From IMG/VR virus record IMGVR_UViG_3300043468_001158: a stretch of DNA of 64,000 bases; one strand, written 5' to 3'. Of the stretch, positions 51,401 to 61,000 are shown in pieces; positions within the stretch are counted from its first letter, which is position 1, and every line of letters begins with the position of its first letter. The notes under the pieces were generated by a model that worked only from the letters and a program-made list of their open reading frames with translations, ran no database searches and had not been told where the DNA came from. Source of the DNA: a virus (taxonomy: Duplodnaviria > Caudoviricetes). A program made the position numbers and the translations under genes.

Positions 51401-54400
51401 GTTTAGCTGGAACTTGAAGTTCAAACTCATAAGTTCCTAAAGTATCACATGAAATGACTGATTGAGTATGGAATGTTACATTAGCAGTTGGAGCCGGTTT
51501 GCTCACAATAGTATATGCATCAGCTTTTGGAAGAGCAATCATTTCACCAATAGTAGTAACCTCTAAACGATGAGTTCTTAACTCAGGTTCAAACTTCAAT
51601 GACGTATTCAAGTCGCTCAGTGTGTACCAACGGTTTTCGTCAGTAGGCAAGATTGAAATGTAAGTTAACGGAGCTTGAACGACTAAGCTATCAGGTTGTT
51701 CAAAGAATAGCCTAGTATGTTTAAGAGTGCAATCATTTGCATTCAACTTAAGTTCAGGATAAGTTGGAGTTCTTGCATCACCATACTCTGCTACTTTATA
51801 AGCCCAAAACTCATCAAGTTTTGCATGTTCAAATTTGACAGAGTTCAAGAATGCATCAATGCTGTACTGAGTGCCTTTTGCATTGACCATTGCTCTCCAG
51901 AAATTAAACTCTGAACGTTCGTTTGTTCTAAGTAAATCAAAGTATCCTTTCTTACTAAAGCCTAATAACGAAAGAGCATGTTTAGTTGTATCATCGTTAT
52001 CATATACTTTATCTGCATTGTAATAATGACCTACATCATCGATGCTGCCTGCCAAGTTCTTCTTGAAGTCATGTCTATCATTCAGGAAGAACCCACCAAA
52101 AGTTGGTCTAAAAGTATGATTTCTTCTAGCTTTAGCATCAATCAATAGTTTCTCAACTGATAAGTTCAAGAATGGGTCATAGAACAAACCTTCTGGAAAT
52201 GGTGAAGAAGTAATGTAGTTCTCAAATAAGATAAGATGTTCATACTCGTCAATAGTTATATGAGACCCGAATATTGGAACATAGCCCGTGATTTCAGTAT
52301 GGTCATCAAAACGAATGACCGTTGAACCATGTGGCTGAATGATGTCTCCAGTTACATCATAGATGAACTGTGAAGTTAGAATGTCATCAAAGCGACGTTG
52401 AACAAAAGAAGCTGGCAAACCTCTATTTGTAAACAACCAAAACTTTTCCATGAATGGATTGACACCAAAACCTTTACCTGGAACTGTTCCTTTATACAAC
52501 CCATCAATGAAGCGCTCTATTTCAAGTTGCCAATTCTCAAGTCTTCCGGAGATAGGGTCTTGAGCCGGATTATCACCTTGACCAAAGGCAAAGCCTTGGT
52601 CTTCAGTATACATTGCATAAGCATGTAAGAAATTGACTACGTTTTGAATACCTGTGATATTGATTGGCAAATTAATTGATACTATACTTGTTACTTCTAA
52701 ATAGTTTCTCCATTCATCGACTGAATGAGCTTTAGAAAAAGCATTGAAAGTTTCAAATGTTCCACTTGTATTTAGAGTATAAGTATCTATTTGTGGATGA
52801 CGAGAGAAATAGTTCTCTATTCTAAACTTCCAATTAGAACCTTGATTTGGACCGGGTTTATATATATTATTTCCATTTGAATCTTGACCTAACCAAATCT
52901 TGTCTAATCCAATTTCAATTACTTGAACACGAAGTGCTTGAAGCCAAAGGTTCTTAGCAAGAGTGCTCTTATTCATGAATAGTCGATATGACGGGTCAGG
53001 AATATTGCGATAAGCATCATTTGATAAACGAAGATTACCTTGTTCAATTAAAGTTCCTGAACGATATGCAAGTTGAGTTTTCCAATTTCTTAGTAACTGA
53101 ACATTCTTAGAGACTGATGAATCCATTGCATTATACGCTAAGAATTGTGTATAAAGTTGATTTAGTCCTTTATATGTAACTTTAGTTGCAGGAACAAAAT
53201 TTGATGTTCCAGTTCCATTAGTAAGAAGAGTAACTTCAAACTTATCTCCTATAATCAATGGTCTCCCATTCTCAACTACCTCAAAGTTGAATGCAATATC
53301 AGCACCATTAGTAAAAGACGTTCCTTTATGTAAAATGATAATAGTTTCATCTTTAGTTGCAAGAATAAGCTGAAGGTCTAATTGTTGATAAACTACTTCT
53401 AATGTAAAGTTTCTTGTGCCTCCAACTGATACATTGCTAAACACAATTTCAGGAATTCCTAATAAAGTATTACTTGTATGAACAGGTTCTCCATGTAACG
53501 AGAACTTATAATGGGTTAGTAAATCACCTGTCATTCTGTCTAATTCAAGTTCATTTGAAGCAAATGTTTGGAAACCCCAATTAGTTTCAAGAAACTTAAC
53601 AGGATTTATCTTATAACTTGAACGTGCTTGTGAATATGCAAAGGCAATAGAATGTCGCCAAATAAGTTCAACAGGACCTTCATCTCCAAACAAGTAAGAG
53701 TCACGAACTCCTAACGGTTCAGCTGTCAAAAGAGCATAAGAGCTTATCGGTGAAGAAAGAGAGACATAAGGTGGCAATAAAGTATCAGTATTAGGATTAA
53801 CACAAAGTTTGATACCAGGATATAATGCTTGAACATCAGTCCATAATGATGGATTCCATATTCTACACTCGTTGATAATAAAAGCATCAACATCAATAGT
53901 CAATGGAACTGAAGTTACTATCCAGAAAGACCCAGCATAAGGACCTTTATCAATCATAAAGAAGTCATATAAAGAAATATCACCTGAAGTATCATATCCA
54001 GCAACACGAGATAAAGTCAATCCATTCCAAACATATAATCCGTTCTCAGAAGCATCTGTTTGAGATGTCAATAGAACAGTATCACCATTACCTAAACCAA
54101 AAGATGAAATACTAAGAGGCGGTACAATTGTCAATAAATCAATGTTAGTAGTTGATACAATGCTTACACTTTGTTTTAAAATTCCTTGTGCTAATAATGA
54201 TAATGGATAATCTGCTTCATATGCCCATTTACCTGGAATCGATGAAGGTTGTGCAAGTATAGCTTCTGCATAAGTGTCATGTCCAAAGAACTTCCAAGGT
54301 GTTGCATCAGGACGAGTAAGACCTGGAGCAATTCCAGCGAATGTCGCAAAATAAGCTTCATATAGTTTATGCCATCTTGCAATAGATGGTAGGGTTCCAA

Positions 54401-57400
54401 CTGTTGCCAAATGATAGTTCCATGAAAACGGGTCATTGATGTTATACACAGAACCTAATGGGTCATACGAGTTTTGAATAGCAAACTTAGCTAATTCATA
54501 TTGCAAATTGTAAGGGTCTTGATAGACTGGGTTAGAAATATCCCATCTAAGAGTATTAACAGAAGAACCTAAAGTAGAAGCATCATAGAGTTTTTGTTCT
54601 GCTTTTAGAACTAATGCATTCACTATATCTTGGATATTGACAACAACCCAATTCAGCGGAGTTGAAGTAATATCCCATACTAAAGTTGTTGCATTGTAAA
54701 GTCTAAGTTCATTCGTAATTCGATTATACCAAGACTTACCACTTGGGTTCAACACACCAGATACATCAGGTGCAACTTCACCTTCATAATCAACTGAAAG
54801 ATACTTAAGCTCTGTACCATTATACCATAATTGACCTCTATAAGGTTGAGTTGGCATCGAGACCGAAACTGTTCCTCGCGTAATAGTTCCATCATATCGT
54901 AATACTTCAGCTAAAGCAATGTTATGCGACAATGTTGAGTCTGCTGTAAAGATTGGAGATTGGTGTCCATCATGATGAATGGTAACATGTGCATCAAGTT
55001 CAAAGTCATATACTTGTAATGGTTGAACTGCATTCATCATTCCCATCATTGGTAAAGTGATTGGCCAATATGTAATAGGCGCAGTTGTTGAACTGAACGC
55101 ACCAACTGCAGCACCTTTTAGAGCATAATCTGCTTCATACATACTAAACAAGTTATCAAGACTTCCGTCAGCTGACATACCTAGTGCTTCGGGTAAAGAA
55201 GTCAAAATGTATTCAGGAATAGAGTTTAGTGCATTTCCATATTGAAGTTCTGCAAAATCTAACAACGAAATCGGAGTCAAATCTTGTTGGTTCAATAATG
55301 AGAAGAATAAGTTATGAGCTCCATTCAATGTTTTGATTTTGCCACCAAAACCTGGGTTAGCATTTTGCAATAATCGATAGTTATTAGAACCAAATGAACT
55401 TCCAAAGAATTCAGGTTGATTTGCTATAGTGTTGATAAAGTGATTAGACAAATCGCCAAATAGAATTTCAGAACGGTTTTCACGTTCAGGGTTCATCATC
55501 AATTGGGGAGGCGTAAGCCAGCATCCTGGATGATTGACATCATTGTAGATTGTACCTGTTTTTGGCATGCCATCTGCATCACTTATTGCATAACGAGGTT
55601 CTTCGTACGATGATGCAACACGGAATATCATATTATCGCTTTGGGCACTAGTAAATGTTACTGAAGATGGAACAGGTGCATCAAAGTTGAATGCGATGAA
55701 ATCACTATGATAAGTTGAACCGATTATCGCATTAGGTAATTGACCCGCTTTTGAACCTCTTACTTCATATGTTGTTGGGTTCTTATAGGTTAGTGTCCAA
55801 GTTTCGTTATTTGTATAGATAGAAGCTTCGATACCAGAGATGACAATGAATACCTCACTCTGGCTATATGTTCCATTAGCTTTTGGATGAATGAAGAACG
55901 AGATGTCCCCTGATGAACTTGTATAAGGAGTTCCTGCTACTGCATCGGGTGTCTGAATACCTGCTCTTGAACCTGTGACAGTAAAAGTAATCCCATCACT
56001 TTGTGGAACAATAGTCCATGTTTGACTATCAAGAATTGGATTGATTTCAAGCGAAGTTAGATTGCCCGTACCACTTCTATCAATGATGGCTTCATTTACA
56101 TAAGGTTCAACCGGTTGTTCTGATGAACGCCAAATGGTTCTGATAACGCCATCCTGTTTGAATGCAAGCATTCTTCCATCGCTATCAGGGGTTTTGAGTC
56201 CTTGAGCAAAGTAAAAGTTACCCGTCTTATCTGCTTTGACACGACGTTGAAGCACAGCATCAAAATCTTCATTAGGGTCTTCGACATAGTAAAAGATTGA
56301 AGAAGTCCATGGAGCTTTAGTTCCATCAAGAGGCCAATATAAGTTGAACAGCGGAGGCTGATTGAACCTTGACTTGACTTGACCTGGAACAAGTTCAAGA
56401 CCTTCATCATACTCAATGATTGGTCTTGTTGCGCGTTGAACTTCACCACTAGGATTTAGTCCAAATAGATGTAAATCTTTGCCATGAACCCAATAGTTAG
56501 AAGTTTGCCAATCAGAAAGTGGTTCTAGGTTAGCATCCTCAGTATAAGTTTCTGCGTCTAAAGATTTGAACATCTTGCCATGATTAGTCGTTCCACTCTT
56601 TACATATACTTCTATTCCATTATTAGAGTAAGAACCTTCTGTATCATATGTGCGAACCCAATTACCAGCAGAGACTAAGTAGATACCATTCTCACTTGAT
56701 ACCGCTTGGTTCTTGACTAATACTCTCATACCTTCAGTAAGAGTTACTCCATCTATAGAAGTAAAGGATAAAGTTCCTCTTGTTCCTGATAAGACTCCTG
56801 TTCCAATTCCGGTAAAACTTATTTGCGCAGGTAAAGTTGAAAGATGTTCAACTTGAATAGTAAACATATCTCCACTAACAAAAGGATTAGTTCCAACTTC
56901 AATAGTGAAAGCTAAAGGTTTAGAACCGCCTCCGCCTACATAAGTATAAGTTGAACCGCTAAAAGATATTGACTCAGGAATTGCATCAATAGAACCAACA
57001 ATAGTAAATGACGTCGGTCCAGTAAAAGTTATAGTCCAAACTTGATTGAGTTTACCTGTTCCATTTAGAGCTTCAAGCGGGTTAGTTGTTGCTAATAAGA
57101 CTGGAAGTTTCTGTTTACTTGATAGAGAAGGTTTAGCAATAGTATAGTATTCAGGTTTCTTTAGAGGGTTCCAACTAATATTTTCATAAGGTAAAGAAGA
57201 TTGAACCCAAAAGTAACTTGAGTAATTTGCAAACTTGTCAATGTCAGTAGGTGGTGCAAAATTGAAAGCTTTTGATGACATCCAAGAACTTACTGTTGAT
57301 AAGTCAATTCCAGAGATTTCTGCTTTGTTCAATAAGTCCGCAAATGACAGGAAATATTCTTCAGTTCCAACTTTAGTAGCTATCATTGGAACAAATTGGT

Positions 57401-57620
57401 TGAAAGCACGTTCAATACTTGATTGTGTTACCCAAGGTCGGGTTTCTTTAGCGTTCGGAAAATATCTGCCGATTAGTCCGTATAGTTTGACAGACTCTTC
57501 GTGTGTCAAACTTTTGTCAAACAAATCTGATAAGAGAGCGGTATTGACTGGGTTCTTGATGCTATTTGGAAGTAATGAAGTTAGACTTCTAAACGGTTTT
57601 GAGTAATCAGATGTTGACAT
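48441..57620 (-). CDS. Giant baseplate wedge-like protein (3059 aa; positional analogue of T4 gp7)
   Basis: Uninterrupted 9.2-kb ORF downstream of gp6, with DIDKFANYSSYFW and two RVLVKNQ..SENG-type modules. Confidence 0.7.
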   Translation of the reverse strand: MSTSDYSKPFRSLTSLLPNSIKNPVNTALLSDLFDKSLTHEESVKLYGLIGRYFPNAKETRPWVTQSSIERAFNQFVPMIATKVGTEEYFLSFADLLNKAEISGIDLSTVSSWMSSKAFNFAPPTDIDKFANYSSYFWVQSSLPYENISWNPLKKPEYYTIAKPSLSSKQKLPVLLATTNPLEALNGTGKLNQVWTITFTGPTSFTIVGSIDAIPESISFSGSTYTYVGGGGSKPLAFTIEVGTNPFVSGDMFTIQVEHLSTLPAQISFTGIGTGVLSGTRGTLSFTSIDGVTLTEGMRVLVKNQAVSSENGIYLVSAGNWVRTYDTEGSYSNNGIEVYVKSGTTNHGKMFKSLDAETYTEDANLEPLSDWQTSNYWVHGKDLHLFGLNPSGEVQRATRPIIEYDEGLELVPGQVKSRFNQPPLFNLYWPLDGTKAPWTSSIFYYVEDPNEDFDAVLQRRVKADKTGNFYFAQGLKTPDSDGRMLAFKQDGVIRTIWRSSEQPVEPYVNEAIIDRSGTGNLTSLEINPILDSQTWTIVPQSDGITFTVTGSRAGIQTPDAVAGTPYTSSSGDISFFIHPKANGTYSQSEVFIVISGIEASIYTNNETWTLTYKNPTTYEVRGSKAGQLPNAIIGSTYHSDFIAFNFDAPVPSSVTFTSAQSDNMIFRVASSYEEPRYAISDADGMPKTGTIYNDVNHPGCWLTPPQLMMNPERENRSEILFGDLSNHFINTIANQPEFFGSSFGSNNYRLLQNANPGFGGKIKTLNGAHNLFFSLLNQQDLTPISLLDFAELQYGNALNSIPEYILTSLPEALGMSADGSLDNLFSMYEADYALKGAAVGAFSSTTAPITYWPITLPMMGMMNAVQPLQVYDFELDAHVTIHHDGHQSPIFTADSTLSHNIALAEVLRYDGTITRGTVSVSMPTQPYRGQLWYNGTELKYLSVDYEGEVAPDVSGVLNPSGKSWYNRITNELRLYNATTLVWDITSTPLNWVVVNIQDIVNALVLKAEQKLYDASTLGSSVNTLRWDISNPVYQDPYNLQYELAKFAIQNSYDPLGSVYNINDPFSWNYHLATVGTLPSIARWHKLYEAYFATFAGIAPGLTRPDATPWKFFGHDTYAEAILAQPSSIPGKWAYEADYPLSLLAQGILKQSVSIVSTTNIDLLTIVPPLSISSFGLGNGDTVLLTSQTDASENGLYVWNGLTLSRVAGYDTSGDISLYDFFMIDKGPYAGSFWIVTSVPLTIDVDAFIINECRIWNPSLWTDVQALYPGIKLCVNPNTDTLLPPYVSLSSPISSYALLTAEPLGVRDSYLFGDEGPVELIWRHSIAFAYSQARSSYKINPVKFLETNWGFQTFASNELELDRMTGDLLTHYKFSLHGEPVHTSNTLLGIPEIVFSNVSVGGTRNFTLEVVYQQLDLQLILATKDETIIILHKGTSFTNGADIAFNFEVVENGRPLIIGDKFEVTLLTNGTGTSNFVPATKVTYKGLNQLYTQFLAYNAMDSSVSKNVQLLRNWKTQLAYRSGTLIEQGNLRLSNDAYRNIPDPSYRLFMNKSTLAKNLWLQALRVQVIEIGLDKIWLGQDSNGNNIYKPGPNQGSNWKFRIENYFSRHPQIDTYTLNTSGTFETFNAFSKAHSVDEWRNYLEVTSIVSINLPINITGIQNVVNFLHAYAMYTEDQGFAFGQGDNPAQDPISGRLENWQLEIERFIDGLYKGTVPGKGFGVNPFMEKFWLFTNRGLPASFVQRRFDDILTSQFIYDVTGDIIQPHGSTVIRFDDHTEITGYVPIFGSHITIDEYEHLILFENYITSSPFPEGLFYDPFLNLSVEKLLIDAKARRNHTFRPTFGGFFLNDRHDFKKNLAGSIDDVGHYYNADKVYDNDDTTKHALSLLGFSKKGYFDLLRTNERSEFNFWRAMVNAKGTQYSIDAFLNSVKFEHAKLDEFWAYKVAEYGDARTPTYPELKLNANDCTLKHTRLFFEQPDSLVVQAPLTYISILPTDENRWYTLSDLNTSLKFEPELRTHRLEVTTIGEMIALPKADAYTIVSKPAPTANVTFHTQSVISCDTLGTYEFELQVPAKPKFSPIKLFDYVDRALIEDITTWHPAFDNHTAIAMEVINVVSEKDPAFYNYSTLTVKNPNFDPQKSWGDREVGRTWWDKTLLEYVPYHDKQIFPTFEERLGRWGSMAEYSSINVYEWVKSSIAPSEYDARSAIDQLSADVALEDKKTGKAARKQSYKRTRTWEARPIAWSYVPTPPEAQDVQLFKAGTTRLTLNSPGVGETFVSLEKGRFAQYGLVPGMHFSGFLGGKPYGEAILNGPIAFTLSDGYHSGDMHVSAGDGNYFDVIQFVWSDNKNYKGAAIGHIEFEWSQVGSTYYIRAIEQASGGSLSVTQPLYDYSGQVGGSYEIDFVQLGIKMIATTAVATMTGAEISVALQQVLSPDVGLFNLEIKEVAPVTVLIQFPHSILDNVLPINLPVSYDNKLTVTGINAFSEVTFVKNPTASVGTYSVTGELNTTNDTYYLKLIQATPSGSSLVVSSLAIDTLTSVALAIQPLVETFSFNLGHITINVNVHPDYFASGVDAQQVIDELGTIGAMVVIGYDASTGSIGIENSTSTVLDEYGWIGYNVPTQEILDNDLKYPHNSWTPVYGDYVEVPSVRQVIDEIVAYEKEPLVLNDGTTVEKFNPVWGDWILLQQEVIRKFGSGNTLDLQVTSSNRIADNTLRLYLNGISQPRTFYSTNGTLISTTQAIPHGHEVVAIMSAYEPTSDELAFDPDVSDDPSIQTQYKSDYQYVIRPSRDSSGNITGDTYYFWVKDKTVPVGNKQLTCQQSAQLLREGPSTYLTFQELFDGAYHGITIAGLNMMVNKDNTYKLRFTRDFSLRDNPQDLDLKNSHTEWTLIRPQQDMKIPLTLWNKLVDSAAGTNLAGQAIPALNKVLYDERHGTRTRYGFRDDQVLADRSLIIASLTNSILNPKTSVYLNGINTTATINGLDLSQSSTWFVTPASTRQVLDYIWRHALPQHINELFFEVLNDALANNYEFTDIFKTSRLSVHSIITVTPETIVNNADVYF

Positions 57621-57661
57621 ATAAGGTTCTTCTTCTCTCGTATAAAAGGATGTATATCAAC

Positions 57662-57669
57662 TATTTATG
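57662..57669 (-). promoter_or_regulatory. T4-type late promoter motif (CATAAATA)
   Basis: 42 bp upstream of ATG 57620. Confidence 0.55.
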
Positions 57670-57686
57670 TACTTTAGCAAACTGTG

Positions 57687-57911
57687 AAAAAACTGACAGA
57701 CTATATAATTGATTTCACCTGTGTCTAAGCAGTTGATTTTATTACTCGAAAAACTGACAGACTAAGGGTATATATTATATTCAGTTGTCTCTCCCTCTTC
57801 TTCATTTTCATATCATTTTCTCTTTTACTTCTGGTTTGTCTTTTTCTAAGTAGTTGATTTTATTACTAAAAATATTTATCATTATCTTCGTAACTTATTG
57901 ATTTATATACT
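57687..57911 (-). repeat. Second copy of the dispersed non-coding element (blocks B, A plus partial B', A') with three IHF-consensus sites
   Basis: IHF-consensus on the minus strand at 57726-57738, 57847-57859 and 57891-57903. Block B 57834-57911, block A 57749-57795. Confidence 0.95.
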
Positions 57912-57962
57912 AGTTTTCAAACACATTATTTTTACCGACCGATATGGCAGTACTTTTTAAGC

Positions 57963-57999
57963 AAAAAAGACGAAATGCTTAAAAAACATTTCGTCTTTT
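57963..57999 (-). terminator. Rho-independent terminator after gp6
   Basis: 13-bp perfect stem AAAAGACGAAATG / CATTTCGTCTTTT with a T-run on the minus strand. Confidence 0.8.
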
Positions 58000-58032
58000 A
58001 TATTTCTGCTAAAAGTTTGACAAGTAATGTCT

Positions 58033-61000
58033 TTACAATCCACCTTGTCTAAGAACTGATGCATTCAATTCAGCAACAAGTTCAATGTCACTTAGCTGAG
58101 CACATGATTGAAGTATTTCATCAAGTCCTGAACTTACAGTAAATAAAGAACCAAATGAATTCACTGCATAAATTGGAACAAGAACTACAGATGCAATTTC
58201 AGTTGGAAGTCTTTGGTGTATCAATGAGAACAATTCGGTTGCATAGAAAGTTTCGCCAAAGTCCCAGTTCTCAATTCCAAAGTAAGAGTTGATAACGGCA
58301 AGAACTTCAATCTTTAACTTCTCATCGGATAATGTTGATGTAATGGCTTTAACAACTTTGAATTTTGCACGGAACTGAGGTTCAGCTAATGCGCCAAACA
58401 GTAACTTAATCTTGCCAGGATGCAAGACCACAGTATCCGATAACATTTTGTTATCAAGCAAGTCTGCAAATTGATTACGTAATTCAAGAGGTGTTGGTGG
58501 TGTCGGCAATACTAAAGTTCGTCCTTGTACATAGTTACTAATCGAGTTATAATAACCTTGAGTAAGAACGTAAGTATCATGAATGTTAGACACTGACGGG
58601 TCAATCAAGTTTTCGTATGGCGTAAAGTGTTGCCACATAAAGTCAAGTGTCGTTCTTTTTAGAGTTCTTCCATAATAAACACCACCAATTTTTGCATTAC
58701 TAACAAAACTTCCAGGAGCAAAGTAAGTTGTGGGGTCAAATGTTATATTAGCTGCATTTATTTCTGTTCCTGGAACTCTGATGCCTGAACTATCAAGTTG
58801 AAAGTATTCATAGTAATTACTTTCATTAGAAGCTGCTTCTGAAAACTCAGCAAATTGAAGAACACTATCCGGCAAAGTATTACCTGAAGTATCAATGTTT
58901 AACATATCCGATGGAATAACTTCAAGAGCATGCAAATTGACTATACCATTACTATCAACTATTGGTCCAACTACATCATAGTTTTCATTATGTCCAAGTG
59001 GTCTTCCGTCAGGTTTCAAATTAGAACGCAATACTCGTATAGTATCATATACTCGATTTTTTGTTTGCGAGTCAATAATTTGAACTCCGGCATTATACCA
59101 AAACTTAGTATTCTGACTTGATACTTGTAACTTCAGTTCACGGAAATTGACAGTGAAACTGGTTGGCAATTGAGTTATAGGATTGAGAGTTGCTTTGACC
59201 CATATTAGCCATGAATTAGGATTTCTTACTCCAGGTGATATGTATAAAGTCGGGTCATAAGGAAGGACGTTTGGGTTGACTGTATTTCCCGAAGTAAGGT
59301 CAATACCATCAATCAATTCCCAACGACCGAGTAAGTTCAGTGTTGACACATTACTTGATGCTAGTGTAAATGCATATGGTCCCGGACCAACATCAGCTAC
59401 TAAGTCAAGCGAATAACTTATCTTGATTGCATCACCTGGCATTACTTGATAACTTGCAGTTGATAATTGTGATAAGGTAAAATCAATAGTATCAGAAGTA
59501 AAAGGTAAGTTCATCTCACCTGTGCCAATATACCCACGAAGATTTGAACTAACATGAAGTAATGAACCGTTAGCAGCAACTTCAATCGTAATAACTTCTG
59601 CACCATATGTTAATGCATCAACTAAAATACGAGAAGTTAGTTGTCCAGTAAAGGTCAAGTCAGTCCCAACAATAGGAGTATGACGATTGAACGCAAGACC
59701 GAACTGAGATTGCCATGCAACTGATTGAAGACCTGAACCAACATCTCCAGGGATGTAAGGGTTTATACCGTCAATAGTTCGAGCAACAGTGTTTAGCCAT
59801 ATCTTCCCGTCATCCTCTGGATGTAACCCTGGGTCTTGTATACGTGCATATGAAATACCACTTATCGTTACAAAGTCAAGAGGTTCTCCATACCAATGTT
59901 GGTCAATTGCACCCTGTATCAATGTCTTTTCTTGAAGTGCACTTCGTTGACCAGTAGAATTCCAGTAGAGTTGTCTATTATCTTCAATGAATTGACGTCG
60001 TGTCAAACTTACCATGCCTGATGTAAGTGGGTCAGTTGAAGAAATATGTGCAAGCGTATTGATGATACCTGTAGATGATAGAAGAGGTTCAATGATTTCA
60101 TCAATCAATCCTCGACTTGAAGTACTTGTTCCAGTTGAAAGAGAATTGATACCAAGTGCTAAGTCAATTGTCAAATCGTCGCCAAATAGTTTGATGTTTT
60201 GATATTGACCAGAAGCATCGTTCCATTCAATGTATTTTGGTTGCCCTGCAAAAGTTCTATTCACTGAAGTCAATCTAAGAATAGATTGGTCTTTCAACAT
60301 ATAAGTATTGTAATCTTGAGCATTCACCATTCTATTTTGAGCATAGTATGTTGAAGGTGCAGATTGACGAATATGTTCAATACTTTCTGAAGCAGCAGAG
60401 TTTTGAATAGTTGATGTAAGCGAGAATGTCATACCACATGTTTCTGCCATACCTGTTGTAGGAGAAACATATTGAAACGCAAGTGGCTGATTGATAAGTC
60501 TATTTGTTGGAATGACGATACTTCTATTAGCTGATTGACGCATCCAAAAGAAGAAGCGACCTACAGGAATATCTGAGAAGTCGCCATCGCCAAACATCAA
60601 TTTAATTGCATCATTCTCTAAAGTTTCTACTTCAAACTTTTTACGATTTTTGATGATATTGAATGATAAGTTTTGGTCCGCTAAAGTTTCTACTTCTTCC
60701 CAAATTTCTTCGATTGCTCCAGAAGAACTAACTCGTGTAACCCATACATCTGTATCATTGACATTGATTGGAGCTAATGATAACGCTCTATTCGGAATTG
60801 CTTCATTCATAACATATTCCAAACGGGTCAAGACACCTTGCTTAGCATACATCAAAAAGCCAGTATAATCAGAACCATCACCAAGCCCATCATTTGAATA
60901 GATAACTGAAAGTTGTGAATTGACATCTGGAGTCTTTTCATACGGTCCATTTGAGTCTAACAAAACTGGCACAAGTTCCATTGGGAATGTTTCGATTCCA

